Shown: positions 28,472 to 37,564 of the stretch, one piece after another
How the letters are laid out: each line of letters opens with the position of its first letter
How positions within the stretch are numbered: position 1 is the stretch's first letter
From: an uncultured Emergencia sp.
GTDB lineage: Bacteria > Bacillota > Clostridia > Peptostreptococcales > Anaerovoracaceae
DNA length: 64,000 nucleotides
NCBI GenBank assembly: GCA_904420065.1
Contig: CAJFTU010000045.1
Span: forward strand, 5,881-69,880
Reading direction: 5' to 3'
Translations under genes and position numbers: made by a program
The notes under the pieces: generated by a model
Databases searched by the model: none
Told to the model about the DNA's origin: nothing
The model's input: the letters and a program-made list of their open reading frames with translations, nothing else

Positions 28472-30844
28472 TTACTGCTGCTTGAAATGGGTCGTTCTGT
28501 AGATAATCGTATCCTGCGCACTCTTATCCAGTTCGGTAAAGTACGCCATATATCCAGCTACACGAACCATCAGGCCCTTGTGATGTTCCGGATGAATCTG
28601 CGCATCTTTCAGCGTCGCATCATCTACTACATTGATCTGAATGTGCTCTCCGCCGTTATCGAAGAAAGTTTTAATCACGCCTTCAATGCTCTGCAGACCT
28701 TTTTCTCCTTCCACGCCTTTCGGATCAAAACGCAGATTGAACAGCGCGCCGTCGTGGAAAGCTTCCTGTCCCATGGAAGCTACGGACTTGACTGTAGCCG
28801 TCGGTCCGCTTACATCTCTTCCCATCATCGGCGATGCATTATCGCAGAAAGGCTCTCCGGCCAGTCTGCCATCCGGCGTAGCTCCGCAAACCATACCGTG
28901 GGATACGTTAACGGTCTGTGAATGTACGTTAAAGGAAAAACGACCGCCTCTTGCATCAGGCCACTCCTGTACGTGATCAGCGATAAAGTGCATCATCTCT
29001 CTGTATACGCCGTCTACGTGTTCCTTATCGTTGCCGAACTTCTCCGGCTTGTTCAGCAGAAGCTGACGCAGTCTCTCTTCACCTTCAAAGTTGTTATCCA
29101 ACGCCTTAATCAGCTCATCCATAGTTACGTCTTTATCTTCAAATACGCATTTTTCGATAGCAACGATGGAGTCGGCCAGGTTTGCCGCACCGGTGATGTA
29201 AAGTCCTGCAGTAGAATACTTGGCCCCGCCGTTCTGAACAGATTTTCCGCTTTCTACGCAGCCCTTGGTCAGCATGGAAGCAAAGATAACCGGGTATCTG
29301 GTCATATGCATGCACTGCATAATTCTGTAACCTGTAGCTACCAGTTCATAGTGATGAAGGATCTGTTTCTTCAGGGCATCTTTAAACTCCTCGATATTCT
29401 TGAATTCTCTCGGATCACCCGTCTGCAGACCCATCAGTTTTCCAGTTGACGGATCCACACCGTTATGCAGAACAAATTCAATCATTTTACCCATATTGAC
29501 ATATCCCGCGTCAGGTGAACCGTCTGTGGAGCCGCCTCCCGGTCCCGGCTGTATACAGCCTACAATAGTCCAGTCTCTTGCTTCTTCTATTGTACATCCT
29601 TTGCCCAAAGCCATCTTCATCGCTGCGTTGTCGTTAAAGAAGCCCGGATTTGCCTGACCATCCTGAATCATCAAACAGCCTTTGCGAATCAGATCCTCAG
29701 GAGTTCCCTCCCATACTCTGACCGCCATGACAGGCTGAGTTGTCTTCAACTGATTTGCGGCTTCCAGACACAGATAGGACAGTTCGTTGGTTGCATCTTT
29801 ACCATCAGGAGTCTGTCCGCCGACTACAAGGATTTCCCACATCGGATATCCCGCAAAGGATGTAGCGTACCATTTATCCCTCACTTCATATACTTCGCAA
29901 GCCTTCAAATAGAAGCATTCCAGCATTTCCAAAGCTTCATCCTGGGTGATGTTTTTGTCGTCGATGACATCTTTCTTGTAATACGGCCACATATACTGGT
30001 CAAACCGTCCGAAGCCGCATGCTGTGGTGCATACTTCGATATGGAAATATACGTGAGCAAACCATATCATCTGCAGCGCCTGCTGGAAGTTCTGCGGCGG
30101 ATTTTCCGGTACAACCCGGCAGTTTTCAGCGATAGTGAGAAGTTCTTTCTTTCTCTTTTCATCTTTGCATTCCGCAGCCTGCCGCTCCGCTTCCTCTGCC
30201 ATACGATGAGCATAAGTAATTAAGCCCTCGCACTGAATAATACAAGCCTGCCAGTAATCAATCTTCTCTTCATCTTCCTGACACTGACGAACAGTCTTAG
30301 CGATATTGGCTTTGCACTCATCTATGTATCCTTTGAGTCCAACTGTAAGCAGCTTCTCATGATCACAGGTCGTTTCGCCGGAAACACCGTTCCTCAGTCC
30401 TACTGTAATAATGTCATCCTGTATGCACTCTTCTATATGCGGAGGCAGAACATCCTTGGACATATCTTCCATGGACTTGCCCTCCCAGTATTTTAGAGTT
30501 TCCAAAATCTGTTCCCTGTCCTCAGGGGAAATATCATAAGGATCCTTGGTTCTTACCGGGAACTCATCGATATCGCTGATATACCAGGAACTGGACTGAA
30601 ATTCAGGGTAGAGATTAGTCCCTCTGTATTTATTCGTCGCCGTACCGACAATCAGTTCGTCATCCATGATCAGCGTCGTCATCCGTTCCATAACATAGTT
30701 GGTAACCTTTGCACGGAAAATTGGCGTCGCTTCTCCGGCAAACTTCTTATAAGCTTCTGTTGCAAGCACAAGACGTTCTGCGGTGATACACGGTCTGGTA
30801 TCCCACAGTTTGTTTCTCATTCGAGTAAGTCTCTCGTTTAACAT
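28472..30844 (-). CDS. Glycyl radical enzyme (PFL-like superfamily) of unknown function
   Basis: RVAGY (Gly764), Cys loop IVGCIQP (Cys430), GRFDQY; 790 aa; RBS AAGGAGG. Confidence 0.95.
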   Translation of the reverse strand: MLNERLTRMRNKLWDTRPCITAERLVLATEAYKKFAGEATPIFRAKVTNYVMERMTTLIMDDELIVGTATNKYRGTNLYPEFQSSSWYISDIDEFPVRTKDPYDISPEDREQILETLKYWEGKSMEDMSKDVLPPHIEECIQDDIITVGLRNGVSGETTCDHEKLLTVGLKGYIDECKANIAKTVRQCQEDEEKIDYWQACIIQCEGLITYAHRMAEEAERQAAECKDEKRKKELLTIAENCRVVPENPPQNFQQALQMIWFAHVYFHIEVCTTACGFGRFDQYMWPYYKKDVIDDKNITQDEALEMLECFYLKACEVYEVRDKWYATSFAGYPMWEILVVGGQTPDGKDATNELSYLCLEAANQLKTTQPVMAVRVWEGTPEDLIRKGCLMIQDGQANPGFFNDNAAMKMALGKGCTIEEARDWTIVGCIQPGPGGGSTDGSPDAGYVNMGKMIEFVLHNGVDPSTGKLMGLQTGDPREFKNIEEFKDALKKQILHHYELVATGYRIMQCMHMTRYPVIFASMLTKGCVESGKSVQNGGAKYSTAGLYITGAANLADSIVAIEKCVFEDKDVTMDELIKALDNNFEGEERLRQLLLNKPEKFGNDKEHVDGVYREMMHFIADHVQEWPDARGGRFSFNVHSQTVNVSHGMVCGATPDGRLAGEPFCDNASPMMGRDVSGPTATVKSVASMGQEAFHDGALFNLRFDPKGVEGEKGLQSIEGVIKTFFDNGGEHIQINVVDDATLKDAQIHPEHHKGLMVRVAGYMAYFTELDKSAQDTIIYRTTHFKQQ

Positions 30845-30944
30845 CTGAATACCTCCTTCTTATCAGCATTAGCCGCAATATTCTATCCGGCAATTCTGAA
30901 AACAGTCTGCATGGCCGCCTCTTGCCGACCTTTTTCTTACCTTT

Positions 30945-31007
30945 ATGTTATTCTTCCTGAGCCTCTGTTTCAAGCACTTTTATGCTTTGATTTCTAATTG
31001 TATTGCT
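30945..31007 (-). promoter_or_regulatory. GRE promoter with AraC-type half-sites
   Basis: TTGAAA-N17-TAACAT. AGCA cores at 30983-30986 and 31004-31007, with spacing identical to the AKR promoter. Confidence 0.65.
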
Positions 31008-31133
31008 CCTGTAGGCCGTCTAAAATAAGATACAAAGTAGACAAAAAAACAGTGAGAACGACGCAATTTCCGGAATCTTCAGCTGTTTCATCCTCTCTGT
31101 TTTAAAAGTCGATATTCCTCGTGTTTTTAAAAG

Positions 31134-31715
31134 CTATCGCAGCTCTTCTTCCGTCAGTTCACGGATGATAGACGCCGGTACGCCTCCTGCAATGGTGTTT
31201 TCCGGCACATCCTTTGTCACCACGGCTCCTGCCGCAATGACAGCGCCGTCCCCGATCGTTACACCCGGCACCACAGTGACGCCTGCACCGATCCATACGT
31301 TTTTTCCGATTCTGACCGGCGCCGGATGAAGGGAACTTCTGCGTCGAGGTGAAAAGTCGTGATTGAGCGTGGTCAGCACGGTATTGTGACCGATCAGCGT
31401 ACCGTCTCCGATGACGATCCCGCCCTGATCCTGAAATCGGCATCCCGAATTGATAAACACGTGTTTTCCTATAGTAATATTTTTCCCAAAATCCGTGTAA
31501 AACGGCGGAAACATGGAAAAAGAGGGATCTACTTCCCTGCCTGTAAGTTCAGTCATGATTTGACAGATCTCTTCCCGCGTATGATAAGTATTGTTCAGCG
31601 TGCTGGTGATCCGCATGGCCTCCTGCGCCAGAACGTGCAAAAACTGATGAAGCTCTGAGCCGCCTTCGATTGTCTCCCGACGCTCCATGCGCATCAAAAA
31701 TTCCTTGATATCCAT
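31134..31715 (-). CDS. Sugar O-acetyltransferase (hexapeptide repeat, maltose acetyltransferase-like)
   Basis: PPFYTDFGKNI, FQDQGGI, IGKNVWIGAG, GGVPA. Confidence 0.9.
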   Translation of the reverse strand: MDIKEFLMRMERRETIEGGSELHQFLHVLAQEAMRITSTLNNTYHTREEICQIMTELTGREVDPSFSMFPPFYTDFGKNITIGKHVFINSGCRFQDQGGIVIGDGTLIGHNTVLTTLNHDFSPRRRSSLHPAPVRIGKNVWIGAGVTVVPGVTIGDGAVIAAGAVVTKDVPENTIAGGVPASIIRELTEEELR

Positions 31716-32009
31716 AGACGAATTCCTTTCCTATTTATGATGATTACTCTTTTCAGTCATATAGTATAGATTACGCAGAGTAAAATGGCAAATTCCCGTT
31801 TTATATGGGCCTTCATGCCCGAAAGGTATTTCACCACTTATACAGATGTCCTAACGATATCAAACGAAGTGAACACAGCCAATGATTTAATCAGTGGAAC
31901 GAAAAGCCTAAACGAATTACCAGAAACAGATGCAACCAAGGATGCACCTGCAAATTAAATAAAAGCTGCAAATATGTATGCTGTTATTGTCGATTAAGAA
32001 AAAGAAAAA

Positions 32010-32045
32010 ACCGCTAAACAGCTTGCAAATAAGCTATTTAGCGGT
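32010..32045 (-). terminator. Terminator of the tRNA operon
   Basis: ACCGCTAAACAGCTT/AAGCTATTTAGCGGT stem with an adjacent A-tract. Confidence 0.65.
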
Positions 32046-32054
32046 GAATCGTCG

Positions 32055-32130
32055 TGGTTGCGGGGGAAGGACTTGAACCTTCGGCCTCCGGGTTATGAGC
32101 CCGACGAGCTACCAACTGCTCTACCCCGCG
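32055..32130 (-). tRNA. tRNA-fMet (CAT), initiator
   Basis: 5' CGCGGGG, CAT anticodon, three consecutive G-C pairs in the anticodon stem, GTTCAAG T-loop, encoded CCA. Confidence 0.95.
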
Positions 32131-32166
32131 ATAAAATCTGCCGTCCTACCCGTTCCGGTTATGAGA

Positions 32167-32255
32167 TGGTGCCGGAGACCGGGATCGAACCGGTACGATC
32201 GGTAAGGATCGCAGGATTTTAAGTCCTGTGCGTCTGCCAATTCCGCCACTCCGGC
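32167..32255 (-). tRNA. tRNA-Leu (TAA)
   Basis: GCCGGAGTGGCGGAATTGGCAGACGC..., CAGGA-CTTAAAA-TCCTG, long variable arm, CCA. Confidence 0.95.
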
Positions 32256-32261
32256 ATAAAT

Positions 32262-32336
32262 TGGCTCCGAGAGTGGGGCTCGAACCCACAGCCTACCGGT
32301 TAACAGCCGGTTGCTCCACCATTGAGCTATCTCGGA
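32262..32336 (-). tRNA. tRNA-Asn (GTT)
   Basis: TCCGAGATAGCTCAATGG..., anticodon loop CTGTTAA, GTTCGAG, CCA. Confidence 0.95.
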
Positions 32337-32375
32337 ATACCTACGTTGCCGTCCGTCTCGCTGACGACAAGGATT

Positions 32376-32405
32376 ATTATACTATAAGTATATCTGATTT
32401 GTCAA
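32376..32405 (-). promoter_or_regulatory. Promoter of the tRNA operon
   Basis: TTGACA-N18-TATAAT. Confidence 0.7.
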
Positions 32406-32433
32406 CATATAATTCGTTTTTTCTGGAAAAAAT

Positions 32434-33441
32434 TTATGAAAAACTTTTATTCCTCTCTGCCCGGTCCTTTTCCTGGTTGGCCAGAACGATGTCGATCTTC
32501 TGCGCGTACTTTTCCGCCTTTTCCTCGTCACCTAAGGAACGGTATATTTCCACCAGTTCTTTCATGGAATCCACATTGCTCGGTGACAGCTTCAGCACTT
32601 CCCGGAGATGAGCCTCGGCCGACTGAATATCGCCGATCTGCTTGTAAGCAACGCCCAGATAGTACCAGAGCGGCCACCAGGTATTGAACCGGCTGTCGTT
32701 TTCATACGCTTTCAATACCCGTATTCCATCCTCAAATCGCCCGCTCAGGATATAGTTATACCCTTCCTCTATCTTCACCGGCTCTTCCAGTTTGTTCAGC
32801 AGATCCTGAATTTCCTCCCGCTGTTCTTCGTTGGAAGACAGTTTCATAAAGCTCTCCCATGTCAGCTTGGCTTTTACGTACAAGCCCAGATTCAGATAGC
32901 CGTAACCGAGGAAATAGAATCCCATATCGAAATCCGGCTTTTTCAGGGTCAGCTTTTCAAAGGCTTCCAAAGATTCCGCCTTGAACCTGCCCACATACTC
33001 TTCACCTTCGCCCTTTTCATAGGCGTCTCTGCACGCTCTTCCGTAACAGTACAGCGCGTCGGCCGAATCGGGATCAACAAACAGAGCCCCGCGGAAGCAG
33101 ATGCAGGCAAATTCAAAATCCCCCTTCGCCGCAGCTTCTACGCCTTCATTGATCAACGGCTTGGCGAACTCGTCGGTAAAGGTTCTGGTAATATAGGCGA
33201 CATAGTTATCCCTGTATTTGAAATTCACATCGCAGCCGATGACAAAAGCCATATTCTCCGCAATGGTCAGAGTGGACAGATTTGCCATAGACGTCTTGCG
33301 GATCGGCACCGGTACATCGGTTAAAATATCGGCGATGCCCGCCTTCTGAAGATAATTGTCAGAAAGCTCGTCAAAGACGAACTCGTCCAGTCGGGGGATC
33401 AGATATTCACCAATCCTGTCCTGTATAGTTTCTTTTTCCAT
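32434..33441 (-). CDS. Tetratricopeptide repeat protein
   Basis: Several TPR-like helices (ALYCYGRAC; YFLGYGYLNLG; WYYLGVAYKQIG). The likely start is 33441 (TGATG overlap). Confidence 0.85.
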   Translation of the reverse strand: MEKETIQDRIGEYLIPRLDEFVFDELSDNYLQKAGIADILTDVPVPIRKTSMANLSTLTIAENMAFVIGCDVNFKYRDNYVAYITRTFTDEFAKPLINEGVEAAAKGDFEFACICFRGALFVDPDSADALYCYGRACRDAYEKGEGEEYVGRFKAESLEAFEKLTLKKPDFDMGFYFLGYGYLNLGLYVKAKLTWESFMKLSSNEEQREEIQDLLNKLEEPVKIEEGYNYILSGRFEDGIRVLKAYENDSRFNTWWPLWYYLGVAYKQIGDIQSAEAHLREVLKLSPSNVDSMKELVEIYRSLGDEEKAEKYAQKIDIVLANQEKDRAERNKSFS

Positions 33442-34952
33442 CAGATTTCCCATCCTTTTTTGTGAAATTTCTTTACTGCATCGAAATTCATGTTCTCTTC
33501 CAAGTCCCTTTCAAGGAACAGTCGTGTCTCCTCTCCGATTCCCGGAAGGGATTCTTCCAGGCTCGCGGCAAACCGAAAGAGAATTCGGTACAGATCCTCC
33601 TTTCGGTGCGATCGATGCTGGTAGCCCTGTTCAAAGAAAAAGTCCGCAAACTGCTCGTAAAAAGAAAACGGCGATAAAGCGGTTTTCTCGATCAGATAGT
33701 CCAATCCGCCGGAAAACCCTCCCCGGTTGGCATAAAGATCGAGCACGGTTTCTATCATCTTCAGCCTGACCAATTCCCGGGCGGACAAATATCCGCTTGA
33801 AATCACTTCGTAAGGAGCTTTTTCCCTGCAGACATAGCCGAAGACTTCCTTTTCTCTGCGCAGCTTGGTCCCTTTCAGCAGTTTGAGAAAGCCAAGCTGC
33901 AGATTGTCCCCCTTCAGCGCGTATACCTGATCAAAGGAACGGCCGAAAGAGGCGTAATCCTCGTAGGGCAGTCCTGCGATCAGATCCGTGTGTATGTGAA
34001 TATTTTTCATTTCTGTCAGCTTTTCGACATTGCCTAAAAGTCGTCCCGTATCGGCCTTTCTGTCCACCGCGGCCAAAGCCCGGGGGTTCGTGCTCTGGAT
34101 GCCGATCTCAAACTGAAACAATCCTCTTCTCACTCCGGACAGCAGATCGAATTCCTCTTCACCGAGCAGATCTCCGCAGATTTCGAAGTGAAAGTTGGTT
34201 CGGCCGTTATCGTTATCGATGAGGAACTTCCAGATATCCCGTGCCCGTTTTCGGTCGTAATTAAACGTTCTGTCTATAAACTTGACCTGTCTGACCGACT
34301 GCTTCAGAAACCAGCTCAGTTCTCTCTCCACTCTTTCCAGAGGAAGAGCCCGCACCTGCTTTTCCAGAGAAGACAGACAATAGCTGCACCGATAGGGACA
34401 GCCTCTTGATGATTCGTAGTAGATTACCTTATCCCTCTCCGCCGGAAAAATGCTGTAGGGAAAAGGAATCTGATCCGGAGAGACCGGTGGATATTGAGGA
34501 TTTTCACAAATCCTTCCTTCGCGCCGATAGGTCAGCCCACCTATCCGAGAAAGGTCTCCTGCGGATTCCAGGCACTGAAGAAACCTGACCAGGGAAATCT
34601 CTCCCTCTCCTCGCAGGATCCAGTCCGCCCACCGATGCTCCGCTAAAAAGGAAACCGCATCGCTGCCGGCTTCAGGACCTCCAAGGAGTATCCGCACTCG
34701 CGGGCAGGCTTTCTTTATATCGGCTGCCAGTTCCTTGATTTTCTCGATATTCCAGATATAACAGGAAAATCCGATCAGGTCGTAATCGCCGCGCACCAAC
34801 TCTCCGTATACATAGTGCATATCGTTGTTTATGGTAAACTCCCTGTACTCTGCGTCAAAGCCGGCGTTCAGCGCAGCCGTACAGAGATATTTAAGCGCCA
34901 GACAGCTGTGAACATATTTAGCGTTCAGTGTGGTCAGCAGAATCTTCATCAC
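33441..34952 (-). CDS. B12-binding radical SAM protein (DUF4080 C-terminus)
   Basis: LNAKYVHS, FSCYIWN, GGPE, ESSRGCPYRCSYC, FIDRTFN, DLIAGLP. Confidence 0.9.
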   Translation of the reverse strand: MMKILLTTLNAKYVHSCLALKYLCTAALNAGFDAEYREFTINNDMHYVYGELVRGDYDLIGFSCYIWNIEKIKELAADIKKACPRVRILLGGPEAGSDAVSFLAEHRWADWILRGEGEISLVRFLQCLESAGDLSRIGGLTYRREGRICENPQYPPVSPDQIPFPYSIFPAERDKVIYYESSRGCPYRCSYCLSSLEKQVRALPLERVERELSWFLKQSVRQVKFIDRTFNYDRKRARDIWKFLIDNDNGRTNFHFEICGDLLGEEEFDLLSGVRRGLFQFEIGIQSTNPRALAAVDRKADTGRLLGNVEKLTEMKNIHIHTDLIAGLPYEDYASFGRSFDQVYALKGDNLQLGFLKLLKGTKLRREKEVFGYVCREKAPYEVISSGYLSARELVRLKMIETVLDLYANRGGFSGGLDYLIEKTALSPFSFYEQFADFFFEQGYQHRSHRKEDLYRILFRFAASLEESLPGIGEETRLFLERDLEENMNFDAVKKFHKKGWEI

Positions 34953-35821
34953 AGCATCCTAAACCGTTCATCCTTGAGCAGTCCCGTATCCTCCATGGCC
35001 CTCTTCAGCTGGGCCATCATACGCTCTTTATCCTGAGGAAGATCTCCCCGCAGAGACACATAATTTGAAGCGTGATTGCTGCGAAAAACACAGGACTTTG
35101 TCGGATTGGCGTGCTTCAGCAACAGATAAGTTTCGGCTACGACTTCCTCTCCGGAAAGCAGCTGAAACTCTCCTCTTTGAATCTGCCCGTAGATCGGCGC
35201 CCGGGGATCCAGCATCAGCGTAAGCAGACCCACATACGATGCGTTCATTTCGCTGATCATCTTTCCGGTCTCCGCAGCGTGCTCCTCCCATCCGGCTTTT
35301 CCGGCCAGACCGGAGATGAAAGTTACGGAAGATTTAATTCCGGCATCTTCAATCTTGTGAACGGCCTCGATCATCTGTTCCCGTGTAACGCCCTTGCAGA
35401 TTGCGTCAAGAACCTTCTGGCTGCCGGATTCGGCGCCCAGATAGATCATACCTATGCCGTTTTCTCTCAGAGTTTTAAGCTCTTCTTCCGTCTTTCGGAG
35501 AACATCCTTTGCAGATCCGTAGACACTGACCCGCTTGCATTCAGGAAACAGCTCTCTGATCCTGTTCAGAATCACCAGCAGCTTATCGTTGGACAGGCAA
35601 AGGGCATCGCCGTCGCAGAGAAAGATCTTCTCTACGCGGCGGTAAGTCTTTCTGGCCGTCTCCAGATCTTCCAATACTTCGCTGATTTCTCTGACCCGGA
35701 ACCGCTTATCCTTAAACATGCTGCAAAACGTACATTTATTGTGCGAGCAGCCGATCGTAACCTGAATCAGCAGGCTGTAGGCCTCGCTGGGCGGTCTGTA
35801 AATATCGCCTTCATATCTCAT
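34949..35821 (-). CDS. Radical SAM protein
   Basis: YRPPSEA...GCSHNKCTFC, FLCDGDAL, FRSNHASNY. Confidence 0.88.
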   Translation of the reverse strand: MRYEGDIYRPPSEAYSLLIQVTIGCSHNKCTFCSMFKDKRFRVREISEVLEDLETARKTYRRVEKIFLCDGDALCLSNDKLLVILNRIRELFPECKRVSVYGSAKDVLRKTEEELKTLRENGIGMIYLGAESGSQKVLDAICKGVTREQMIEAVHKIEDAGIKSSVTFISGLAGKAGWEEHAAETGKMISEMNASYVGLLTLMLDPRAPIYGQIQRGEFQLLSGEEVVAETYLLLKHANPTKSCVFRSNHASNYVSLRGDLPQDKERMMAQLKRAMEDTGLLKDERFRML

Positions 35822-35839
35822 GGCAAAATTCTCCTGTCC

Positions 35840-37564
35840 TTACATTTTTTCCGGCGCCTTCATGCCGAGCAATGCCAGGCCGTTGCGGATCGCATTTTTC
35901 GCGGCAATGACCAAAGCCACCTTTGCCGTCTTTTCCTGCTCGTCGTCGGTCAGAATATGCTCGTCGTGATAGAAACGGTTGAAACCCTGCGCCATATCCA
36001 CAATATGACGCGTTACGATAGAAGGTTCGTACCGATGACCTGCATCGACTACGACATCCGGGAATTTGTACAGCAGCTTGATCAGCTCGTAAGCGCTCTC
36101 GCTGCACAGATATTTGTAGTCCACATCTTTCAGCGCGGCTGCTTTTGCCACAGTCTCTTCTCCCGCTCTGCGCAGCACACTGGCGCATCTGGCGTGGGTA
36201 TACTGAACGTAAGGACCGGTTTCACCGTCGAAATTTAAAACTTTATCCCACTTGAACACGTAATCCTTGATCCTGTTGTTGGACAGCTCCTGGAAGATGA
36301 CGGCTCCGATACCTACTGTCTTTGCCGTTTCATCGATATCCGCTTCGTCTGCGCCCGCGTTCTTCTCTCTGATAATCTCTTTCGTCTTCTCTACGGCTTT
36401 GTTGAGCACATCCTCGAGGAAAACCACTCTCCCGTGTCTGGTGGACATGGTTCCTTCTTCCAGGCTTACCAGCCCGAAAGGAACGTGAACGCAGTCTTTA
36501 GCCCACTCGTAACCGAGAAGTTCTACGATCTTGAACCACTGCTGGAAATGAAGATTCTGCTGCGATGCGACGACATAGATATTCTTGTAGAAGTCATAAG
36601 TTTCCTTCCGATATACTGCAGCCGCAATATCTCTGGTAATGTACAGCGTTGAGCCGTCCGATTTGGTGATCAGCGCCGTTCCCAAGCCGTACTCCTCGAG
36701 ATCCACAACGTGAGCTCCCTGGGATTCCTTCAGCAGGCCTTTTTCCTCCAGTTCCCGTACAAAACGAGGCATCTTGTCCGAATAAAAGCTTTCGCCGTTA
36801 TAGGAGTCGAAAGAAATGCCCAGCATATCGTATACCCGGTTGAACTCTTTCAGCGATTCGTCTCTGAACCACTGCCACAACTCCACTTCTTCCTTTTCTC
36901 CCCGTTCCAGTTTTGCGAAAGTTTCTCTGGCCTCGTCGTCCAGTTCCGGATGTTCTTCCACTTCTACATGAAAACGAGTATAGTAACTGAGCAGCGTCTT
37001 TATCGGCTCTCTGATAACGTCCTCTTTGTTGCCCCAGTGTCTGTAGGCGCAGATCATCTTGCCGAACTGGGTTCCGTAGTCGCCCAGATGGTTGATACGA
37101 ATCACGTTATAACCGAGAGCATCGAAAATCTTGTACAGCGAATTACCGATAACGGTACTGCGGATGTGACCGATGTGAAACGGCTTTGCGATGTTAGGCG
37201 AAGAATACTCCACGATGACCGTTTTGTTCTCGCCTATGTCGGTCTTTCCAAAATCCTCTCCGCGTCCCAGGACTTCCTCCAGGGTATCCTTGATAAACGC
37301 TTCTTTCGAAATAAACATATTGACGTAAGCATTGACCTGCTCAACCTTCTCGAAGAGAGAGGAATCGTCGATTCCTTCCGCAATACCCTTGGCAATGAGC
37401 GGTGGAGCTTTTCTCATGATCTTGGCAAGACGGAAGCAGGGAAAAGCGTAATCTCCCATCTTCGGATCCTGAGGAACCTCAATGATGTCCTGAATCTCGG
37501 ACAGCTCAAGCCCTTCTACGTGCTGAGCAATCAATTCTGCAATCTCATCTTTAAAATTTATCAT
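35840..37564 (-). CDS. argS: Arginine--tRNA ligase
   Basis: VEYSSPNIAKPFHIGHIRST (HIGH), GDYGTQFG, MSTRHG, FDGETGPYVQY. Confidence 0.98.
   Translation of the reverse strand: MINFKDEIAELIAQHVEGLELSEIQDIIEVPQDPKMGDYAFPCFRLAKIMRKAPPLIAKGIAEGIDDSSLFEKVEQVNAYVNMFISKEAFIKDTLEEVLGRGEDFGKTDIGENKTVIVEYSSPNIAKPFHIGHIRSTVIGNSLYKIFDALGYNVIRINHLGDYGTQFGKMICAYRHWGNKEDVIREPIKTLLSYYTRFHVEVEEHPELDDEARETFAKLERGEKEEVELWQWFRDESLKEFNRVYDMLGISFDSYNGESFYSDKMPRFVRELEEKGLLKESQGAHVVDLEEYGLGTALITKSDGSTLYITRDIAAAVYRKETYDFYKNIYVVASQQNLHFQQWFKIVELLGYEWAKDCVHVPFGLVSLEEGTMSTRHGRVVFLEDVLNKAVEKTKEIIREKNAGADEADIDETAKTVGIGAVIFQELSNNRIKDYVFKWDKVLNFDGETGPYVQYTHARCASVLRRAGEETVAKAAALKDVDYKYLCSESAYELIKLLYKFPDVVVDAGHRYEPSIVTRHIVDMAQGFNRFYHDEHILTDDEQEKTAKVALVIAAKNAIRNGLALLGMKAPEKM

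Noticed and set aside
29547-29560. Perfect DNA palindrome GGCTGTATACAGCC at the GRE catalytic Cys codons
   Set aside because: It falls inside coding sequence and is dictated by the G-C-I-Q-P codons; no regulatory context.
28472-30844. Annotation as pyruvate formate-lyase or choline TMA-lyase CutC
   Set aside because: It lacks the PFL CC pair, the CutC GCVEP motif and any cut/BMC neighbours.
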